Source: Octopus vulgaris (taxonomy: Eukaryota). Taken from it: DNA of 64,000 bases. The stretch lies in contig OX597835.1 in NCBI GenBank assembly GCA_951406725.2, positions 6,386,001 through 6,450,000 on the forward strand. The letters run 5' to 3'. The notes below the pieces were generated by a model that saw nothing but the letters and a program-made list of their open reading frames with translations, was not told the DNA's origin and ran no database searches. A program made the translations under genes and the position numbers. The number at the start of each line of letters is the position of its first letter. Position 1 is the stretch's first letter. Of this stretch, positions 58,466 to 64,000 are shown piece by piece.

Positions 58466-58626
58466 ATAAATATTAAATACATGCACACAAACACATACGC
58501 CCATCCAACCATGAACCCAACCATGCACCCAACCATGCATCCATACACATACTGGTTGCCATTGACATTAGCACCATAAGTAGCTGGTAATTCATTCATT
58601 CGGAAAATCTTTTGTAGTTGTAGCGA

Positions 58627-59070
58627 TGGTGGTGGTGGTGGTGGTGGTGGTGGTGGTGGTGGCAGTGGTGGAATTGGTGGCGGGGTCGTGAGGTAGGGGT
58701 TGTATGAAGGTAGTGGTGGTCATCGCCATACATGGTGGTGGGGAAATGATGTTCATAGTGATGATGATGATGGTGGTGGTGGTGGTGGTGGTGGTGGTGG
58801 TAGTGGTGGTGGTGGTGGTGGTGATGGTGATGGGGGTAGTGGTGGTAGTGGTGGTGGTGGTGGTCATCGCCATACATGGTGGTGAGAAATGATGTTGATA
58901 GTGATGATGATGATGGTGGTGATGGTGGTGGTGGTGGTGGTGGTAGTGGTGGTGGTGGTGGTGGTGGTGATGGTGATGGGGGTAGTGGTGGTAGTGGTGG
59001 TGGTGGTGGTGGAGGTGGTGGTGGTGGCGATAGTGGTGGTGGTGGTGGAGGTGATGGTGATGGGGGTGGT
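58627..59070. repeat. (GGT)n/(GAT)n tract with an internal ~146-bp-period duplication
   Basis: GGTCATCGCCATACATGGTGGTG occurs near 58718 and 58862. Confidence 0.9.
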
Positions 59071-59121
59071 TCTTCCTGTTTTCTCCCTTCACTGCCAAGA
59101 CCATTAATAGTGACATGCACT

Positions 59122-59164
<43 letters not shown>

Positions 59165-59359
59165 CATAAATACACAAACACACATACACACACAAAATCA
59201 CATATGCACATTATACATATGAGCGCGTGTATGTATGTATGTGTCTGTTTGTATATGTTAGTGTGTGTGTGTGTGTCTGTTTGTGTGTGTGTGTGTGTTA
59301 CTTTTCTGGTCTCTGCAATTATCTTGTATTTTGTTTTGTTCGACTTTTTTTCTACTAGC

Positions 59360-59436
<77 letters not shown>

Positions 59437-59679
59437 ACGCACTCAAGCACACATGCACACAGTATACCTTCAAATATATATAAATACATACAAACACATA
59501 TTCACGCATACATACATACACACACTCACATACGCACACATACATACGTGTGTGTGTGTGTGTGTGAGATGTTGCTAGAGGCAGACAAAACTATTTATTT
59601 ATTTATATTTTTATTTATTTATTTTCTTTCCCTTGTTCTCTTCTTTGCAAAAGATATTCTGTATCTACAGAATAGAAGT

Positions 59680-59862
59680 TTACTACAGAACTACAGTATT
59701 ACAGAATAAACAGAGTTAGATTAACCATAGAACTATAAAAGACTAAAGGTCTATAGCAGAACTTTAGAACTACAGAACTACAGAATAACAGAACAATGGA
59801 ATTGTAGAATTATAGAACTATGGAACTACGGAATTACTGAACTACAGAATTACTGGACTATA
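59680..59862. repeat. Degenerate 8-bp repeat (ACTACAGA)
   Basis: About 20 imperfect units. Confidence 0.75.
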
Positions 59863-60123
59863 CATATATGAAATTGAAGGAAAAGAAATATAGTGATAAC
59901 ATTGATGTTATTTTATTGAAGAAAAATTTTTTGAAAAACTGTGAGAGATAAAGAAATGCCAAGGAAATATAAAAAAATCCAACAAAATGAGAAGAAATAT
60001 ATTAGAATATAAGGAGACAAACCTTGAGCTTTTGTCTGCCATTTGGGAATCTGTGATCCTGTGTTGAAGCTTGTGTTCATCTGGGAGAAGATAAGTAAAA
60101 GACGGAATTATATAACTGAGAAT

Positions 60124-60162
<39 letters not shown>

Positions 60163-60423
60163 ACTCTCTGTCTATTTGTCTGTCTGTCTCTATCTCTTTC
60201 TGTTACTCTCTCTCTCTCTCTCTTTCCTTCCTCTCACTCTCTCCTTTCTCTCACTCTCTCCCACTTACTCTCTTGTCCGTTGAACGAATGAACTCAGAGA
60301 AGCCAGAATCTAGGAGTCCTCAAGGAAAGAACCATCAGCTTTGAGAAATTAATTATCATTCTCTTAAATGTATGGAGTTCATTTTTCTTCTCTGAGTACA
60401 CCCAAACGCCTGTGTGTATAAAT

Positions 60424-60471
<48 letters not shown>

Positions 60472-60531
60472 TATACACACAATATATATACAATATATAT
60501 ATACACAATATATGAATAATATAATATAATC

Positions 60532-60567
<36 letters not shown>

Positions 60568-60942
60568 TATAATCTATCTATCTATCTATTTATAAAGATA
60601 TATATATATATATATATACTGTTGTGTCTGGGGAGAGTAATTTTCTTTTTGTGCCTTATTATTTAACACACTCACCGGTAAAATTTCCACTTTTTTCTTA
60701 TTTTTATTGTCCTAAAATTTTCGTTGCATCTTGCAACCTTTTCAATAGTTTTGACTCTTGCAAACCAAGAAGAATCTTGCAAACCAAATCCCAAAACGCA
60801 ATATATATATATAAATACACATATGCATCATATGTGTATATAGTGTATATAATATAATACAATATATAATAATAACAATATTAAAACACATACATATATG
60901 CAAGCATAAACACATTAACAGTAATAACTTCCCAGGAATACA

Positions 60943-60983
<41 letters not shown>

Positions 60984-61175
60984 CAAACTGATGAAGCTGC
61001 AGCCAGAAGTTATTGAAGCAAGGATCTGATGAGGTTTGAGATTTTGTCTTTGACTCAATGAAAAGTATTTTTAACTTCTGTCGAAAAAGAAGAATAAGAA
61101 TATAAGAAAAACTAAAAAATATAATAAGATAAAAACTTACCTGTAATTGTGACATAGAAGCCTAAACACCTGAAG

Positions 61176-61512
61176 ATGGGGGTGAAACTGTCCAAAGTGC
61201 CGCTTGGAGTGAAGGCCCAGGCCAACACGACTGGGATGAAACTTTATAAATTGGTCGATCTGAAAGGTGGGGGAGAACTTGTGGAATGCATGAAAAATAT
61301 GAAGGATCACAATGAACTGGACAAGAAAATCATTAAGGATGTGACCCCTTTCCTCTATAATGGGGGATCAGGAAAGAAAATTCACATCAGTGAGTTTATC
61401 AAAAAGAGAAATGAAGAGAGAGGGGGTAAGAAACCTATTTCCTCCAAAGAAAACCAAGGCAAAAGATTTTTACAGAAAAATAAAACCGATGAAGAAGTGG
61501 CAGATGACCCAA
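61176..61512 (+). CDS. nan: TRPV channel, Nanchung/OCR-like, first coding exon (gene continues beyond the window)
   Basis: MGVKLSKVPLGVKAQA..LYKLVDLKGGGELVECMK..LDKKIIKDVTPFLYNGGSGKKIHISEFIKKRNEER matches, from memory, the Nanchung N-terminus (GVKKQA, LYKFVNLKGGG, V.PFLYN.G.G, RN.ER). In-frame TAG 21 nt upstream; donor |gtaagt at 61513. No further exon was recognised in the window. Confidence 0.85.
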
Positions 61513-61849
61513 GTAAGTTATTTTCAATCAATCAATTTATGGATTAATTAGGCAATCAATTACTCTGTATTTTGCTCGATCTTGTTGTTTTGTTGTTGTT
61601 GCAGTAATTAATGTTGTTATTTTATTTCTGAGGTTAAATACATTTGTTTCTGATTTGCATTTCATCTCTCGAGATTAAGGCCGACTCATGCCCTAATCAT
61701 AGCCTGACAAAGCCGCTCCCTTTAACCCTTTCACTGTTTTATTGACAACCTATTAAGGCATAATAAATGCTAAATGTGAAATAATAGAGTAATTATTCAA
61801 TTTTCTTCCAGTTTATCTCCCAGGTTAACTATATTAAATACAACTATAT

Positions 61850-62215
61850 ATAATAATAATATAATAATAATAATTGTGTACAGTGCTCAGGTGCACTACA
61901 ACTCATCTAAAGTGTATATATAATCAGGTGTAGTTTCGGCGGATTTCGGAAAGCATGAGGGCCTTAAAGGATGCAGTGTCATGGCAGTCAACAACTGATG
62001 CAGGCAGTTTATTCCATGCTTCAGCAACTCTGAGCGTGAAAAAATGTTTCCGAAAGTCATGGGAGCTGTGTTGTTTTCTGACTTTGTAGACATGTCCACG
62101 TGTGTTAGACACATGGAGATCAAAAAGGTGTTCAGTGTTGATGTTGGTGAAGTGGTTGATAACTTTGTGGGTGTTTACCAAGTCCGTCGCCAGACAATGG
62201 AGCTTCAGTGAATAC
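61850..62215 (-). mobile_element. CR1/L2-group LINE 3' fragment (ORF2 C-terminus and tail)
   Basis: NTRGHVYKV..RKHFFTLRVAEAWNKLPASVV...SFK motif, short 3' UTR, (ATT)n tail. Confidence 0.88.
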
Positions 62216-62775
62216 TAGCTTAAAAGTTGCACTCTTTTAAGCTAACTACCGTGAAGGGCTGATTGGGTTTGCAGCCCAAGACAAAAAAAAGCAATAATAA
62301 TAAAGCATTTGTTGGTACCCTACCAATATAGTATTACTCTACAATTATGATATTACTTTAAATTCAGTTTAAAGGAAAAACTTGTAAGTTCACAAATGTT
62401 TGGAGTTCTTTTTTAAAATTTGAATTTTCAACTGTTAGCTTACAACAAATCCTCATCTAGACCTGACTGTTATGCTGAATGTTCAAGAACCAAATGAAGG
62501 GCAGATTTTCGATCCTGGGATCATCCTGATTCCAAAAAGGTAGAATCTGTCTTTGTAGAGCAAATGTAGACTGAGATACTGGAGTCCTGGACGAACAGAC
62601 AGAATTTTGCCTTTATTATTAGAGATCTTCATTGCCATGTAGCATAAAGTCTTTGCAATGCAATGATGAATCTCCAATGTATGTCTTCGAGATTGAGTGT
62701 AAGTTCTCCCATCAGATGGAACCATAGCATTCCTTCATTCTGACTTTATCGTAGAGTTTTCTTGGCAGAGATATT

Positions 62776-63175
62776 GGCGAGCTGGCAGAAACGTTGGCAC
62801 GCCAGGTGAAATGCTTAGCGGTATTTCATCTGCCATTACGTTCTGAGTTCAAATTCCGCCAAGGTTGACTTTGCCTATCTTCCTTTCGGGGTCGATTAAA
62901 TAAGTACCAGCTACACACTGGGGTCAATATAATCGACTTAATCCATTTGTCTGTCCTTGTTTGTCCTCTCTGTGTTTAGCTCCTTGTGGGTAGTAAAGAA
63001 ATAGGTATTTCGTCTGCCCTTACGTTCTGAGTTCAAATTCCACCGAGGTCGACTTTGCCTGTCATACTTTCAAGGTCGATAAATTAAGTACCTGTTGCAT
63101 GCTGAGATCGATCTAATTGACTGGCCCCCTCACCACAAATTTCAGACCTTGTGCCCAGAGTAGAAAAGGATATTA
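62776..63175 (+). mobile_element. Dimeric SINE with Meta-domain-like core
   Basis: Same head, core and internal junction as 34707-35330. Confidence 0.8.
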
Positions 63176-63537
63176 GTCGAATAAATCAATCACAGCACTT
63201 TTTTTGTTATGCTAGGTACTTGTTTTATTGGTCTCTTTTTGCTGAACTGTTAAGTTACAGGGATATAAGCACACCAACACTGGTTGTCAAGTGGAGTTGG
63301 GCAACAAACCCACACACACTATATATATATATATACACACATACACACACACACACACACACGCACATATATATATATATGACAGGCTTCTTTCATTTTC
63401 CATCTACCAAGTCCACTCACAAGGCTTTGGTTGGCCTGAGGCTATATTAGAAGACATTTGCTCAAGGTGCCTCACAGTGGGACTGAACCTGAAAGCATGT
63501 GTGGTTGGGAAGCAAGCTTCTAACCATACACCCATGC

Positions 63538-63590
<53 letters not shown>

Positions 63591-64000
63591 TGTACGTATG
63601 TAATTGTACATGTGTCTATATCTATGCGTGTGTGTGTGTGTGTGTCTTTGTGTCTGTGTTTGTCCTCCAACACTGCTTGACCACTAGTGCTGGTGTGTTT
63701 CAGAACAAGAACCAAGATTAAAAGAGAAACAAAAGTACTGGGGTCGATTCATTTGACAAAAATTCTTCAAGGCGATGCCCCAGCATGGCCGCTGTCTAAT
63801 GACTGAAACAAGTAAAAAGAATTAAAAGATTTAACATCAAATAACCACAATTAAGATAATTAATTTACTTATAATTAAGGCAACAGAAAATTTTCAACAC
63901 TTTTAAAATTCTTTTTAAAGAAATAAATGACTGTTATAATTCCTCACTTGCATCATGGTAAATCTATCATAAAAGAAATGCTCTGAGGTGCCACTTTCCA

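Noticed and set aside
54683-58540. 1285-aa ORF and overlapping VCMY/HTYI ORFs
   Set aside because: Translations of a (TACA)n/(CA)n microsatellite, which lacks stop codons in most frames
58592-59201. Poly-His/Pro/Thr/Gly ORFs resembling extensin or glycine-rich proteins
   Set aside because: (GGT)n/(GAT)n simple repeat, open in many frames, with no splice context
61135-61143. Perfect minus-strand donor CAG|GTAAGT just upstream of the TRPV ATG (possible antisense or 5' UTR exon of FAM166)
   Set aside because: One such 9-mer is expected by chance in 64 kb, and FAM166 exon 1 has no strong acceptor; stranded RNA-seq would be needed

Overview
AT-rich, microsatellite- and SINE-dense animal genomic DNA. 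It is most likely an octopus (inferred from the repeat families, not proven). Three intron-containing genes were reconstructed by hand from GT-AG sites, with consistent reading-frame phase at every junction. (1) The 3' half of UTP20 (+ strand, 28 exons, 599-37334, about 1,480 aa in the window, stop at 37332-37334). (2) A complete FAM166/CIMIP2-family ciliary microtubule inner protein gene (- strand, 7 exons, 49764 to 38315, 298 aa), convergent with UTP20. (3) The first coding exon of a Nanchung-like TRPV channel (+, 61176-61512), head-to-head with the FAM166 gene. The rest is tRNA-derived SINEs, RTE/CR1/Penelope/Gypsy/Tc1 remnants, piggyBac-, hAT- and mariner-type MITEs, a non-autonomous Helitron, local duplications and long simple repeats. 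Nearly all other ORFs in the track are repeat artefacts. I found no firmly supported new biological system. The best leads are a tandemly amplified in-frame splice donor in UTP20, a divergent pair of cilia-associated genes with a candidate RFX site, a long fold-back carrying hammerhead-like cores, inverted SINE pairs that could be ADAR substrates, and a SINE and LINE sharing a 3' end. Protein family assignments rest on remembered motifs, not on database searches.
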